A DNA stretch of 49,653 nucleotides from Octopus bimaculoides (GCF_001194135.2 NC_068981.1:43012427-43062079); one strand, 5' to 3'. Positions 25,887 through 37,717 are shown, counted from the stretch's first letter. A program made the numbers and translations. The notes: generated by a model from the letters alone, not told the origin.

Positions 25887-26275
25887 TGCACACACACACA
25901 CACACATGCACACATACACACACACACACACGTATCTATCCTAATGGCAGTGCTCCATGCATGGATACAGTAAAAATTAATGTTTAGTCCTTCATCTAAT
26001 GTCTGTTTTCTATACATACATACATTCGTACATATGTACACATGTATTTATGTATGTACATATGGTTGTGTGTTTGTGTGTGTGTGTGTGTGCTGACCCC
26101 TCTCAATTTTGTGTACAAGTGTCCAGTTGGTTGATGAGCTGCATTATCTGCTCTTTGAATTAACATGCCAAGTCAGTAAGTGAACTACAGATGCTTGTAC
26201 ACTATAATGATTCTCAAGTAGTATCAGAATGAAACCATGTGACAAGGCCAGACTTTTGAATTCCAGCTACATTCG

Positions 26276-26393
26276 ATGGATTCTACATAGCTTCTGTCAA
26301 GACAAATTTCTTCTCAATATTTGAGTTAACCTGAAGCTATAGTAAGGGCACTTGTGCAAAATGTAATGCAAGGGGCATGAACCTGGACTATGT
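26276..26393 (-). mobile_element. Old SINE family A-like fragment
   Basis: GCTATAGTAAGGGCACTTGTGCAA..TGAACCTGGACTATGT resembles the family A head. Confidence 0.5.
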
Positions 26394-26863
26394 AACAATG
26401 ATGATGATGACGATGATGATTATAATATTAATAATAATGATAATAATAACATTACACTCTCAACACTACACACTATCCAAAAGATAGCCCTGTTAGTAAC
26501 AGCCCACATCCTATGCAAGACACTATCAATTCAATAATACAACCTGAACAAAACAATCCACAAACACAAGACACACACTATATAGTAAATATCCATGGAA
26601 ATAAGCTACCACCAGCAGGCCGCATACCCAATACATTACACAGACAACACACAATACAAACATTAATACAACAAAAGACTGCACCACACCCCTATAAAAG
26701 AAAGAAACTGATAGAATACAATACCGGGAAGAGATTGCACAGTTCCAACAAAAAAACAAAGCACACACACACACAATGCTGTGCACACCCCCAGCAACAG
26801 AGACGTGTAGCAGGTGATGCAGTAGAAATTTGTCTGAAACTACCAAATATTGAACAACAACAG

Positions 26864-26940
26864 CAACAACAACAACAACAACAACAACAACAGCAACAAC
26901 AATATCAACAACAACAGCAACAGCAACAACGACAACAACA
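26864..26940. repeat. (CAA/CAG)n microsatellite
   Basis: Seen directly. Confidence 0.95.
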
Positions 26941-27010
26941 TTATATAACAGCGTTATTATATAATATTATGTAACATTATTATATAATATAATAATAATA
27001 ATATATAATG

Positions 27011-27290
27011 CAATTACAGCATGGAAGGTGTTTATAAACCATTTAAAAACACACAAAAACCGTTAGATTCACTTCAACATTTAAATTTAATTTGTCAAAA
27101 TATATTCGTCGCTTAGAAACCGCAACCTGTTCACTGACAGAATTCTGTGCTGCATCTCTTTTCTCAGTGAACAGGTCACGGTTTCAAAGTGATGAATATG
27201 TTTTAACGAATTAAATTTAAATGTTCAAGTGAATCTAATGGCTTTTGTGTGTTTTTAAATGGTTTATAAACACCTTCCATGCTGCAATTG
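27011..27290. mobile_element. Palindromic (foldback) non-coding element, ~125-bp arms
   Basis: CAATTACAGCATGGAAGGTGTTTATAAACCATTTAAAAACACACAAAA... is mirrored by ...TTTTGTGTGTTTTTAAATGGTTTATAAACACCTTCCATGCTGCAATTG, with a short central spacer at ~27140-27161. Confidence 0.93.
27093..27139 (-). ncRNA. Hammerhead-like motif with G3:C8 core variant (left arm of the palindrome)
   Basis: TGTCA GTGAACA g GTTGC(ggtttctaa)GCGAC GAA T ATAT T T TGACA. Stem I is 5 bp, stem II is 5 bp and stem III is palindromic. Position 15.1 is U instead of A. Confidence 0.45.
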
Positions 27291-27358
27291 TTTTTGTTTC
27301 AGCACACAATTTCAGATCAGGTCACTTGCTATGCAAGTACATCTCCGTAATAATATAT

Positions 27359-27680
27359 AATGCCCTGATGCAGTACCAGGCAGTGGCTCTCATGGCTTCT
27401 GATCTTAACTTATTGGAATGGTTATCATGTACCTTGCTTTGTCTTGGTATAAAAGATGGGCTACAACAAATATTTTGCTCAATACCACAGATCTGCATGT
27501 CAGTTGTTTGACCTTAACCAGTTGAGCATGTCCCTTAGTACTGACAATATGTGCACCTCTGATCATGAGCAGAAGTAGTGGCGGAGTATCATAGCCATGT
27601 GGTTGAGAGGAATTCTTTGGAGTTTTGATAATTCCCCTTTGGAAACATCCTTAAACATTCCTTATTCAGGAACCTTTTGA
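27359..27680 (-). mobile_element. Family E retroposon, truncated copy
   Basis: GCCCTGATGCAGTACCAGGCAGTGGCTCTCATGGCTTCTGATC... aligns with 5590 onward. Confidence 0.85.
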
Positions 27681-28163
27681 TGATACATGGAAATAAAGCT
27701 TGTAAGGTAGACCATTCAAAACAGCTGATTTTAACCTGCACAACTAGCCATTACTTTCTATGCCTGTTATTGGCTTTTCATAACACTCTACTCTAGTTAC
27801 TGAATCCGATGTGTACACTTCATAGTCCACCAAAATGTCATGGAGTTTTGTGGCTCAAAAGTTCTGGTATTGATGATTGCATTCACATCAGTATCTCATG
27901 GCCTCAGATTGTCAAGTAGGTGGCTCTGCTTCCAAGGTACTCCCAGGTAATGTGCATTCACACTGCTTATTTTACGTAAGGCTATGTTACACAGAAGGAA
28001 GAATGTAGGAAATGTTCATCTACTTTGTTCCTGTGGGGGGACAGATGTTCTGTCTTATGGTTTGTGGTATTACTATAAGTAAATCTTTATATAGGATTTC
28101 TTAATATTCCTTCAAAAGTTTCATACTTCATCAGGATATTTATTTTTTAAATATTCAGAATGT

Positions 28164-28385
28164 AAAGGTGGTGAGCTGGCAGAAACATTAGCACACTGGG
28201 CGAAATGCTTGTCAGTATTTCATTTGTTTCTACGTTCTGAGTTCAAATTCTGCCGAGGTTGACTTTGCCTTTCATCCTTTCAGGATCGATAAATTAAATA
28301 CCAGTTGTGTTCTTGGGTCGATCTAATCAATTGGCCCCCTCCCTCAAAATTTTGGGCCTTGTGCCTAGAATAGAAAAGAATATTC
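28164..28385 (+). mobile_element. Full-length tRNA-derived SINE family B
   Basis: GGTGAGCTGGCAGAAACATTAGC..GAGTTCAAATTCTGCCGAGGTTGACTTTGCCTTTCATCCTTTCAGGATCGATAAATT. Confidence 0.9.
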
Positions 28386-28940
28386 AGAATGTATTTTGTT
28401 CATATTTATGGCATGTTCTGACTGTTGATGTTGGTGTGAATTAAGTTGCACTTGTGATTCTAATGTTGGTGCTGTTAGTAGTGGCAGTGATGGTGGTATG
28501 GATGATAGTATTTGATTGTATTTGCTACTGTTGAGGGTTGTTGCATCATTGCTCAAAAGCATCTCTCTTATTTGTTTGTATCTTCCATCATTTTTGTTGG
28601 CATGCAAGCAAATGTCCTACACAGCCAATATCTGAGATAAAAACTGAACAGGGTGGAAAAAGAAAAGAAAAACGATAGCCTTTGATGAGAAATACAAGAC
28701 TCAGAACTGTGATTGAAGGATTTTTCATTGTAGCTCAGAGTGAAAACCTTCCACCCATAAACTACAAAATTATGTAATAAATCAGAATAAGGTAAATAAC
28801 AGTAGAATATGTGGAAGGGAAAGAAACAACCACATTGTCTGCAGCTCTCTAATTTTACTCAGGAGAATACAAGTATTAGAGTAAGATTAGAGTAAGGCTT
28901 TCCATACACTGGGAGCATTACATCAAAAAACCCAGTGTAT

Positions 28941-29360
28941 GAAAGACAGAAAAGAGTTGGTATAATCATACATCAGAAAAGGTCACAAAGTATAACAAAT
29001 CTGTTATACCCCCAAAATATGGCAATCTATACAGATAAGGTGATCAAGGCCAAGTGGCAAGGTATTGTTGTGAAAGACCATGAAGAAAGTAATGCCTTTT
29101 AATCAAAATAATTCCAACAGGTGATAATGTGTTGCTAAAAGAAATGGAGAATTTATTAAAGATGTAGAAATAGAGATTATTAGGATGAGGAAAATGAAAA
29201 CAGAAACAATGACTTAAATAATAGCTTTATGGGAAATTATTTAAAAAGACACAGATAGATACGAACCCCAAACCCCCAAGATTTATACATAGATTTACAT
29301 ACAGAAAACAGCACTGCTTTGCATTTCACAAGTGTTTTTCAGAAATTGCTTTCAATACAA
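28941..29360 (+). mobile_element. Heavily degraded R4/Dong-type non-LTR 3' fragment (restriction-like endonuclease region)
   Basis: Piecewise translation KSWYNHTSEKVT..AIYTDKVIKAK..GIVVKDHEE..KEMEN..DVEIEIIRMRKMKTET..IQKTALL parallels the intact fragments at 31626-32475. Confidence 0.7.
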
Positions 29361-29519
29361 CAGCAAGTTCAAACCAAAAGCAAGACCTGTACTTAAGGTA
29401 GATGGGCTTACATTCACTTGTGCAGAGAAATTCCACAATAAAAATATAACTATTGTAAAATAATATCAAGGTTACTCTCCTTCAATTGTTATGAATTTAC
29501 CTAAAATAGAATGATAATT

Positions 29520-29960
29520 AAATGGTAAGAAAACATTCTTTTTTATGTAGGTATTTCAAAATTTTTTGAAAATTATGATCATGAACTGAGAGATATTAAA
29601 GGATATTACAAGAAGTATTTTATGGGACTAGTGATATAAAAATGTGCACTGGTTTCCTAAGACAAAGATGGCAAATAAACAAAAGGAACATACTTAAGGT
29701 TACAAGTACTTAGAGACAAATGTCCATTATAGACAAATATGAAAGAGAGAACCAAACGAGAATATTATCAACACATTACAGTCATACTCAAGAAAATCTC
29801 TAATGCTAAGAATGAAATAATATACATTAAAAGATTAGCTACATAAGCAATAGCCTAAAGTATTAATGTACTAAATCAGACAGAGTGTTGCATTTAGAAT
29901 TTTATAATTACTCCTGTAATTAGAAAATTATTATTAGATACCTGTTGTAGCTTTACATTT
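29520..29960 (+). mobile_element. Heavily degraded R4/Dong-type RT C-terminal region
   Basis: Piecewise translation KCA..YKYL..REYYQHITVILKKISNAKNEIIYIKRLA..PVV resembles the YKYLG..KEYY..LNAKNK..LA.PV signature of this clade. Confidence 0.5.
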
Positions 29961-30331
29961 ATATATATATATATATATATATATNNNNNNNNNNNNNNNN
30001 NNNNNNNNNNNNNNNNNNNNNNNNNNNNNNNNNNNNNNNNNNNNNNNNNNNNNNNNNNNNNNNNNNNNNNNNNNNNNNNNNNNNNNNNNNNNNNNNNNNN
30101 NNNNNNNNNNNNNNNNNNNNNNNNNNNNNNNNNNNNNNNNNNNNNNNNNNNNNNNNNNNNNNNNNNNNNNNNNNNNNNNNNNNNNNNNNNNNNNNNNNNN
30201 NNNNNNNNNNNNNNNNNNNNNNNNNNNNNNNNNNNNNNNNNNNNNNNNNNNNNNNNNNNNNNNNNNNNNNNNNNNNNNNNNNNNNNNNNNNNNNNNNNNN
30301 NNNNNNNNNNNNNNNNNNNNNNNNNNNNNNN

Positions 30332-30398
<67 letters not shown>

Positions 30399-31289
30399 CA
30401 AAAGTAACACTGGATTAATACTAATGGGTCCCCTCTGTCTTTATGGAGATTTACAAAAATAACAAATAAGCTAATTTAAAGAAAGCTCAAGAAAATGAAA
30501 ATAGAAAATCAAGGAAATACAAAATATTATTTATATCTTATATGAAGATCCTGTTTAACAGATGATTAGAAAAATCTTTGCTTTGGTGAACACCTGATCA
30601 GATGCAAAGAAGACAACATGAATTTAAAAAAAAAATACAATACTTGTTCAAAAACTTAGTTTGAAAAGTAGCGATTGAAGTCTTCCATATAACAGCACAA
30701 GATAAATGCTTATTTACAAAACACTACATGAAAAATTACATCAAAAAGTAGATTTTATTTCTTTTTGCCAGCAGTCACACAATAGAAGGTGACAAGCAAG
30801 CAGCAATGAAACAAGCCACAAGTAACTTCTTTGCTGGGAGTTGCAAAAGAAAAGGAAAAGAAGCAATCTAAGGAGAAACTGCTTTAAAAACCATAAAACG
30901 ATTTAAAAGAATCAAGATTCTTTCAGAGAAATAAGAAAGAAAGTTCCATGAGACAGATGTTTGGAGAAAGAAAGTATGAAAGTAGAAGAAACTCTTTTTA
31001 CAAAAGGGTACAACAATGGGGAAATTATGAGAACTAGTACAAAAAAGAATTGCTTGGTTAGTAGTCTTAAGTTGAAAAACAAGAGATGTGTAATACAAAC
31101 AGAACTCAAAGACATCACCTGCTTCACTAAAGTGAGTAGATATATGTTTCCGAAAAGTGTCAACATAAAAAATAGCATCTAAAAATAGATTACACAAATA
31201 TGTGTCTGAATATTATAGGCTAACAATATTTTGGGATACGATTGATTCTGAGAAGAGAATATCAAATATCAGTGAGAGTGCCTCTAATG

Positions 31290-31470
31290 GTCATGTAAGG
31301 TACTAGACATAGCAGCTAGAATCCTCAATAGTCACATTCTACTGTCTTAAGAAAGGAAGAGCATATTTGATAAAGAATCCTTGTTACACCCAAAAACAAG
31401 ATGGGATGGTCACAGCCTTTTTTATTACAAATCTGCACAATCAAGCTGACCTAGGGTTAACCAAACCTGT
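31290..31470 (+). mobile_element. Degraded copy of the unclassified repeat at 520-735
   Basis: CTAGACATAGCAGC..AAGAAAGGAAGAGC..GATGGTCACAGCC..GCTGACCTAGGG. Confidence 0.45.
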
Positions 31471-31552
31471 ATAATAATAATAATGATGGACTCTCCTGTT
31501 GAAGACAACATATGAGTGTTCAATTTTTGTTGAATGACCTACTCACTACCTT

Positions 31553-31573
31553 ATAATAATAATAATAATAATG

Positions 31574-31604
<31 letters not shown>

Positions 31605-31625
31605 TAATAATAATAGTAATAATAA
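31553..31625. repeat. (TAA)n microsatellite
   Basis: Seen directly. Confidence 0.95.
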
Positions 31626-32145
31626 TGGACTTGACAGACCAAAATAGTGGTACAAACATAAACCTGAATGCGTCATCGAAAATGATAATGCAAAGATTCT
31701 ATGGGATTTTATGATTTAGTGTGACCATGAGACAGAAAATAGGAAACCAGACATAGTGTTAATTGAGAAAGAAAGCAAACGATGCTGGATCATAGATATA
31801 GCATGCCCAGCTGACAACAAGGTATGTGATAAGGAGGAAAGAAAAATCGATAGATATGGCAGGTTAGTTTGGGAGGTTAAGCAATTGCGGTCGATGAAAA
31901 AGATGGTAGTAGTACCAATAATTGTTGGAGTCCTGGGAACAATGAGTAAAAATCATGAGAAGTACATGGAACAAATAGGGGCTGCAATAAGGGTGGAACA
32001 CTTGCAGAAAACAGCACTGCTTGGAACTATTTGAATACTCTGGATGTTGATTGAAAAATAAGGAGTGTTATCATAGTTCACTGGTAGTGAACAACTGGTC
32101 CTGTAGTACATCTCTAGCATTAGAAGCTGGGAAAAGACAATAAAA
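31626..32145 (+). mobile_element. R4/Dong-type non-LTR retrotransposon 3' fragment (RLE domain plus 3'UTR)
   Basis: GLDRPK*WYKHKPECVIENDNAKILWDFMI*CDHETENRKPDIVLIEKESKRCWIIDIACPAD..EERKIDRY..VPIIVGVLG..LQKTALLGT. The PD..D..K restriction-like endonuclease motif is present. Confidence 0.88.
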
Positions 32146-32147
32146 TG

Positions 32148-32210
<63 letters not shown>
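32146..32210. repeat. (TAA)n microsatellite between two R4/Dong-type fragments
   Basis: Seen directly. Confidence 0.95.
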
Positions 32211-32214
<4 letters not shown>

Positions 32215-32473
32215 AGGAATTTAACAAATTAAGTAAATATAAGGACCTGGAAATTGAAATACAAAAGATGTGGCATCTGAAAGCAAGAACTGTTCCTGTT
32301 ATTGTGGGTACCCTTGGTATGATAAGAAAGAGCTGTCAGAAACATCTAGGTAATATCCCAGGAGAACCATGTCTCAGAGAAATCCAAAAGATTGTGTTGA
32401 CAATTACTGCCCACATCCTTAGAAAAATCCTATCAATTTAAATGTGTGTTGTATTACATGAAAATTAAAAGTA

Positions 32474-32475
<2 letters not shown>
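32211..32475 (+). mobile_element. Second, distinct R4/Dong-type 3' fragment
   Basis: KEFNKLSKYKDLEIEIQKMWHLKARTVPVIVGTLGMI..LREIQKIVLTITAHILRKILSI*, followed by (TAA)n then (GAT)n at 32476-32555. Confidence 0.88.
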
Positions 32476-32520
<45 letters not shown>

Positions 32521-32556
32521 TGATGATGATGATGATGAGGATGATGATGATGATGA

Positions 32557-32770
32557 TTTCAAATTTTGGCTCAAGGCCTGCAGTTTTGGAGAAAGGGCTA
32601 AGTTGATGACATTGACCTCAGTACTGAGCTGATACTTATTTTATCAACCCTGAAGAGCAAAGCCGAACTCAGTGGAATCTAAACACAGATTTTAAAGACA
32701 GATGAAATGCTTTACAACATTTTGTCTGCTGTGTTCACACACAATTCTGCTGGCTCAGCACCTAAACAAC
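32557..32770 (-). mobile_element. Degraded SINE family B
   Basis: TTTTGGCTCAAGGCCTGCAGTTTTGG..GATACTTATTTTATCAACCCTGAA..CTCAGTGGAATCTAAAC. Confidence 0.7.
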
Positions 32771-32809
32771 AACAACAAATATATAAACAACACAATTATA
32801 TTTTAAATA

Positions 32810-32965
32810 ATGATAATAATAATGATGATGATGATGATGATGTTGATGATGATGATGATGATGATGATCATGATGATCATGATGGTGGTGATGATGATAG
32901 TGATGATGATGATGATGATGATGATGACAATAACAATGATGATGAAGATGACGATCAGGATGATG
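32810..32965. repeat. (GAT)n-rich microsatellite
   Basis: Seen directly. Confidence 0.95.
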
Positions 32966-33387
32966 CATCATAAAATGAAGACAATCTATCATCTGTTTGG
33001 AATATATATATTTTTTTTTCTGGGAAGAATGACTAGTAACTGTCACTCCACAAGTCTTCTTAATAACATGGGAGATGAAATATTGTTCCCAGACATTAAA
33101 AGAGGAGAAGAAAAAAAAATACATTTAAACATTGTAAAAATGAAGGTTTTATACCTAAATGACAACATCAAATTCTTTTAGGTCTTGTAGGAGAAAATCT
33201 GTAAAAGATAGAAATACTGTGGTAGTAGTAGTATTAGTAGCTGCAATATCTCATATTCTTTTGAGTTTCCAGGATATTACTGAAGGAGAGATTTGTCTTC
33301 ATGTAGATGTGAGTGGTTGGTGTAGAGTAATTTTCCTTTACCACATTTGAGCTCAAGGGAGGATTTCTTTAAGAAGCTTAACATTTG

Positions 33388-33405
33388 ATTATCATCATCA
33401 TCATT

Positions 33406-33455
<50 letters not shown>

Positions 33456-33516
33456 TATCATTATTATCATTATCATTCTTCTTCTTCTTCTTCTTCTTCT
33501 TCTTCTTCTTCTTCTT

Positions 33517-33579
<63 letters not shown>

Positions 33580-33665
33580 GTTATTATTATCATTATTGCT
33601 GTTGCTGCTGCTGCTTCTGCTGTTGTTGTTGTTGCTGTTGTTATTGTTGTTATCATTATTATTAT
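33388..33665. repeat. Compound triplet array (ATC)n-(TTC)n-(TTA)n-(GTT/GCT)n
   Basis: Seen directly. Confidence 0.95.
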
Positions 33666-34125
33666 GGCCATCAGCCGATGAAGCCACACTTGACCTTGGC
33701 TCCATATTTTGTTTTTGAAAATTATCAGTTTTCCCCAGAAAATAGTGGTGCTTTCCTGTCATTTTCAACCAGGGTAGAGAATAAAGGATCCTTCTTCTGC
33801 TGGTGAGTTCCTTTTTTTTGTTAAAAAACCCCTCTATTTCTTGGGGGACTTATCTAATTTATTCCACTTATTATTCCACCTGAAAAAATTTAGAATTTTT
33901 TCCTCAATGGCAGCAACAAATAGTTTCCAGGGAAATTTAATCATTGGTGAGAAAGGAGGAGAGACAGAGGAGTGTCTTGTCACAAAAGTGAGAGAAGGTA
34001 ACATTTCTTCACAAAACAAGGCGACCATCTCAGTCACAAACAGCAATAACAACTCTGACATCACTGCCACCATCCCTTCAGCCATGACCACTACAAACAA
34101 CAACAACAACAGCAAGAGAAGCAGC

Positions 34126-34277
34126 AAACAACTGACAAACAAATCTGTGGTATTGAGCAGAATATTTGCTGTAGCCCATCTTTTTATACCAAGACAAAAC
34201 AATGTACATGATAACACTTCCAATCAATTAAGATCAGAAGCCATGAGAGTCACTGCCTGGGACTGCATCCGGGCATT
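34126..34277 (+). mobile_element. Family E retroposon, short 3' copy followed by (TTC)n
   Basis: Reverse complement of 27359-27510; ends CTGCATCCGGGCA-TTCTTCTTC. Confidence 0.85.
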
Positions 34278-36104
34278 CTTCTTCTTCTTCTTCTTCTTCT
34301 TCTTCTTCTTCTTCTTCTTNNNNNNNNNNNNNNNNNNNNNNNNNNNNNNNNNNNNNNNNNNNNNNNNNNNNNNNNNNNNNNNNNNNNNNNNNNNNNNNNN
34401 NNNNNNNNNNNNNNNNNNNNNNNNNNNNNNNNNNNNNNNNNNNNNNNNNNNNNNNNNNNNNNNNNNNNNNNNNNNNNNNNNNNNNNNNNNNNNNNNNNNN
34501 NNNNNNNNNNNNNNNNNNNNNNNNNNNNNNNNNNNNNNNNNNNNNNNNNNNNNNNNNNNNNNNNNNNNNNNNNNNNNNNNNNNNNNNNNNNNNNNNNNNN
34601 NNNNNNNNNNNNNNNNNNNNNNNNNNNNNNNNNNNNNNNNNNNNNNNNNNNNNNNNNNNNNNNNNNNNNNNNNNNNNNNNNNNNNNNNNNNNNNNNNNNN
34701 NNNNNNNNNNNNNNNNNNNNNNNNNNNNNNNNNNNNNNNNNNNNNNNNNNNNNNNNNNNNNNNNNNNNNNNNNNNNNNNNNNNNNNNNNNNNNNNNNNNN
34801 NNNNNNNNNNNNNNNNNNNNNNNNNNNNNNNNNNNNNNNNNNNNNNNNNNNNNNNNNNNNNNNNNNNNNNNNNNNNNNNNNNNNNNNNNNNNNNNNNNNN
34901 NNNNNNNNNNNNNNNNNNNNNNNNNNNNNNNNNNNNNNNNNNNNNNNNNNNNNNNNNNNNNNNNNNNNNNNNNNNNNNNNNNNNNNNNNNNNNNNNNNNN
35001 NNNNNNNNNNNNNNNNNNNNNNNNNNNNNNNNNNNNNNNNNNNNNNNNNNNNNNNNNNNNNNNNNNNNNNNNNNNNNNNNNNNNNNNNNNNNNNNNNNNN
35101 NNNNNNNNNNNNNNNNNNNNNNNNNNNNNNNNNNNNNNNNNNNNNNNNNNNNNNNNNNNNNNNNNNNNNNNNNNNNNNNNNNNNNNNNNNNNNNNNNNNN
35201 NNNNNNNNNNNNNNNNNNNNNNNNNNNNNNNNNNNNNNNNNNNNNNNNNNNCGGTATCCGATCCTCGCAGCTGACCCGACCCGAAGAACACTAGAAATAG
35301 CAGCTGCTTCTCCCAACACCTAGATGATCGCTTGACATGTCCTCTCATCACAATAATCCCGCTTGAAAAGGGCACGAAATCCCAATCGAGGCTCCCCTCT
35401 ACCCCTCTTCCTCTTCCGGTCAGCTCCCCATTCCGGTCAGTTCATGGTTCCGGTCAGCGGTCAGCTCCCCGGTTGCTGACGTCATACCACACATTGAGAG
35501 CAACACAAGCATTAATAGCAGCAGCAGTAATAACAGTGAGAATGGGGACAGCAGCAACAACAACAGCACCAACAACTGAGACAGCAGTAGCAACAAAATC
35601 TATGCAAACAACAACAAAGCTACACAGTAACAGCAGCAGCAAAACAATGACAGTGACAACAAGAACAACAACAACAGCAACAGTAACAATGGCAATAATG
35701 ATTTGACAAAGTTTGTGACAGGTCAACATGGTCAACAACATATTGCTGGCACAGTGCCAAAGTTAACAAAATACTTCTGGTTCTCCCCCAAGAGACTAGG
35801 GAGGCACAACTTGTAGGAGGAGAATGGGAGGAGAATCCATGTAGCTATTGTAGCTGAGGTTTTGGTAACAACTGCTTAGAAAACTGGGCTGTGTCTTTGA
35901 GTGCTAGAAAATCTGTGATGTCTAGAAGCAACAGTATACACCCAGGGAGAAAGAACCCTCGAAGATATATGAGTAAACATAAAACATGTGACCAGAACAA
36001 GGCAGATCAAAAGTATAGATGTCCTTTTCAAATGTGAAGCCCTTGCACTGGCAAGGTCTATACATAACAGGGAACTCATCCAACATTCAAATATGTTGGG
36101 TAAA

Positions 36105-36430
36105 GGGTAAAAGGGTAAAGGCTCTCTTTGGCCATGAATGACCAGTGGATTGCACCTAGAAAGTTACCCTCCGATGCACAAGTCCAAGCAAGGTTGTTTA
36201 TGGAGGACCAGCAGTTGCCCATGCATGCCAATCTCTCCTCTCCACATCACCAATGTGATCTAATGGAAAGGCAAAGGCCAAAACAGCTTGGCACCAGTGA
36301 TATCGCAACTCATTTCTATAGTTGAGGGAACTGGAGCAATGTGAAATAAAGTGTCTTGCTGAAGAGCACAACGCACAGCCATGCCCAGGAATTGAACTCA
36401 CTATCTCATAATTGTGAGCCCCACACTAAC
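36105..36430 (-). mobile_element. CORE-type tRNA-derived SINE with (TTTACCC)n-like tail
   Basis: Minus strand: B-box-like GAGTTCAATTCC, CORE-like CAGCAAGACACTTTATTTCACATTGCTCCAG..AAATGAGT, ending CCTTTACCCTTTTACCCTTTACCC. Confidence 0.8.
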
Positions 36431-36559
36431 GGGAATAAAAATTAACCAAGAGAAATCACTGGAAATGTTACTTAGCATGTGCTGTAAAAAAAGGAAATTA
36501 AAGAAGAGCTCTTGCCCTGTTGATCAAGCACCCTTGGGTTTTGTGAGTTTTTTCATGAG

Positions 36560-36714
36560 AATGTTAAAGCACCTCCACTATTGGAGGTTTTAATTTATTT
36601 AATTTTTTATTGTTATGCGGAAAAACTATTGTATCTTCCCATTTTTGTCTTTTATGTTGTTGCATGTCCTTTAATGTTATTGTATGTGAGCCCTTGTGAC
36701 TAATAAAAGAATGA

Positions 36715-36749
<35 letters not shown>

Positions 36750-36750
36750 T
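36560..36750 (+). mobile_element. Probable non-LTR element 3' end with AATAAA and (TTA)n tail
   Basis: GAGCCCTTGTGACTAATAAAAGAATGAATTATTATT. The family is not identified. Confidence 0.4.
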
Positions 36751-36757
36751 ATTATTG

Positions 36758-36791
<34 letters not shown>

Positions 36792-36807
36792 TATTACGAT
36801 TATGATT

Positions 36808-36992
36808 ATCAAGGCAGAATTGTTACCATGTTCAGTCAAAATGCTTAGTGGCATTTTATCCATCTTTATGTTCTGAGTTCAAATTCCACTGAGGTTGACT
36901 TTGCCTTTTGTCCTATCTGGGTCCATAAAATAAGTACCAGTTGAACATTGGGAGTCATCGTATTTGACTTATCTCCTCCCCCAAAATTGCTG
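36808..36992 (+). mobile_element. SINE family B
   Basis: GAGTTCAAATTCCACTGAGGTTGACTTTGCCTTTTGTCC..ATAAAATAAGTACCAG. Confidence 0.8.
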
Positions 36993-37164
36993 TTACCTTT
37001 CTCTTTGCCCTTTCTTGGATAAATCCCTGGAGTAAGGAAATAGATAAGAAGTGGTTGGTAACCTCACTTACTCTTCCTCAAATACAAATGTGTGTGTATC
37101 ATGTGACTATTGTATAATGCAATGCAGCTGATTCTAAGCAAGACAGACAGAGAGAAAGAGAAGA

Positions 37165-37300
37165 ATCAAGCCCTATATACTTCATATATCGACCCCTCAA
37201 GGATGAATAACAAAATTGACATTCATAGGATTTGAACTTATATTGCAAGAAGCCCTGAGAAATACAAGGCATTTTCCCAATTCTCTAACAATTCTGTTAA
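37165..37300 (-). mobile_element. Degraded SINE family B
   Basis: ATCGACCCCTCAAGGATGAA..GGATTTGAACTT. Confidence 0.55.
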
Positions 37301-37504
37301 TCGACCATTCTACTCACTCAATTATTATACAATGCCAATAATAAGTGAGTTAAGGCCTTGTATCTATGTGAGAAATCAATATGTCAGTTGAAAGAGTGAC
37401 TTATTTATGACAGACTAGAGATATATCAAAGAATAATATTGGTTTCTTTCAGTTAGATAAAAGGTCAATGATTTGAGTATATTTGAGTGAATAAATCTGA
37501 ATAC

Positions 37505-37509
37505 TATTA

Positions 37510-37588
<79 letters not shown>

Positions 37589-37608
37589 CATTATTATTAT
37601 TATTATTC
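37505..37608. repeat. (TTA)n microsatellite
   Basis: Seen directly. Confidence 0.95.
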
Positions 37609-37717
37609 ATGTCTCCCCACCATTTATTGTATACAAGCAGGCATCCCAATATGTTTGCAAAGCTAGTATTGTATTTTATGGGCCCCCTGTGGTGAACAAA
37701 GAAACAATTCTTATTAG

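Noticed and set aside
33841-35274. 477-aa ORF
   Set aside because: Mostly gap; the known part is low-complexity sequence plus a family E repeat and (TTC)n.
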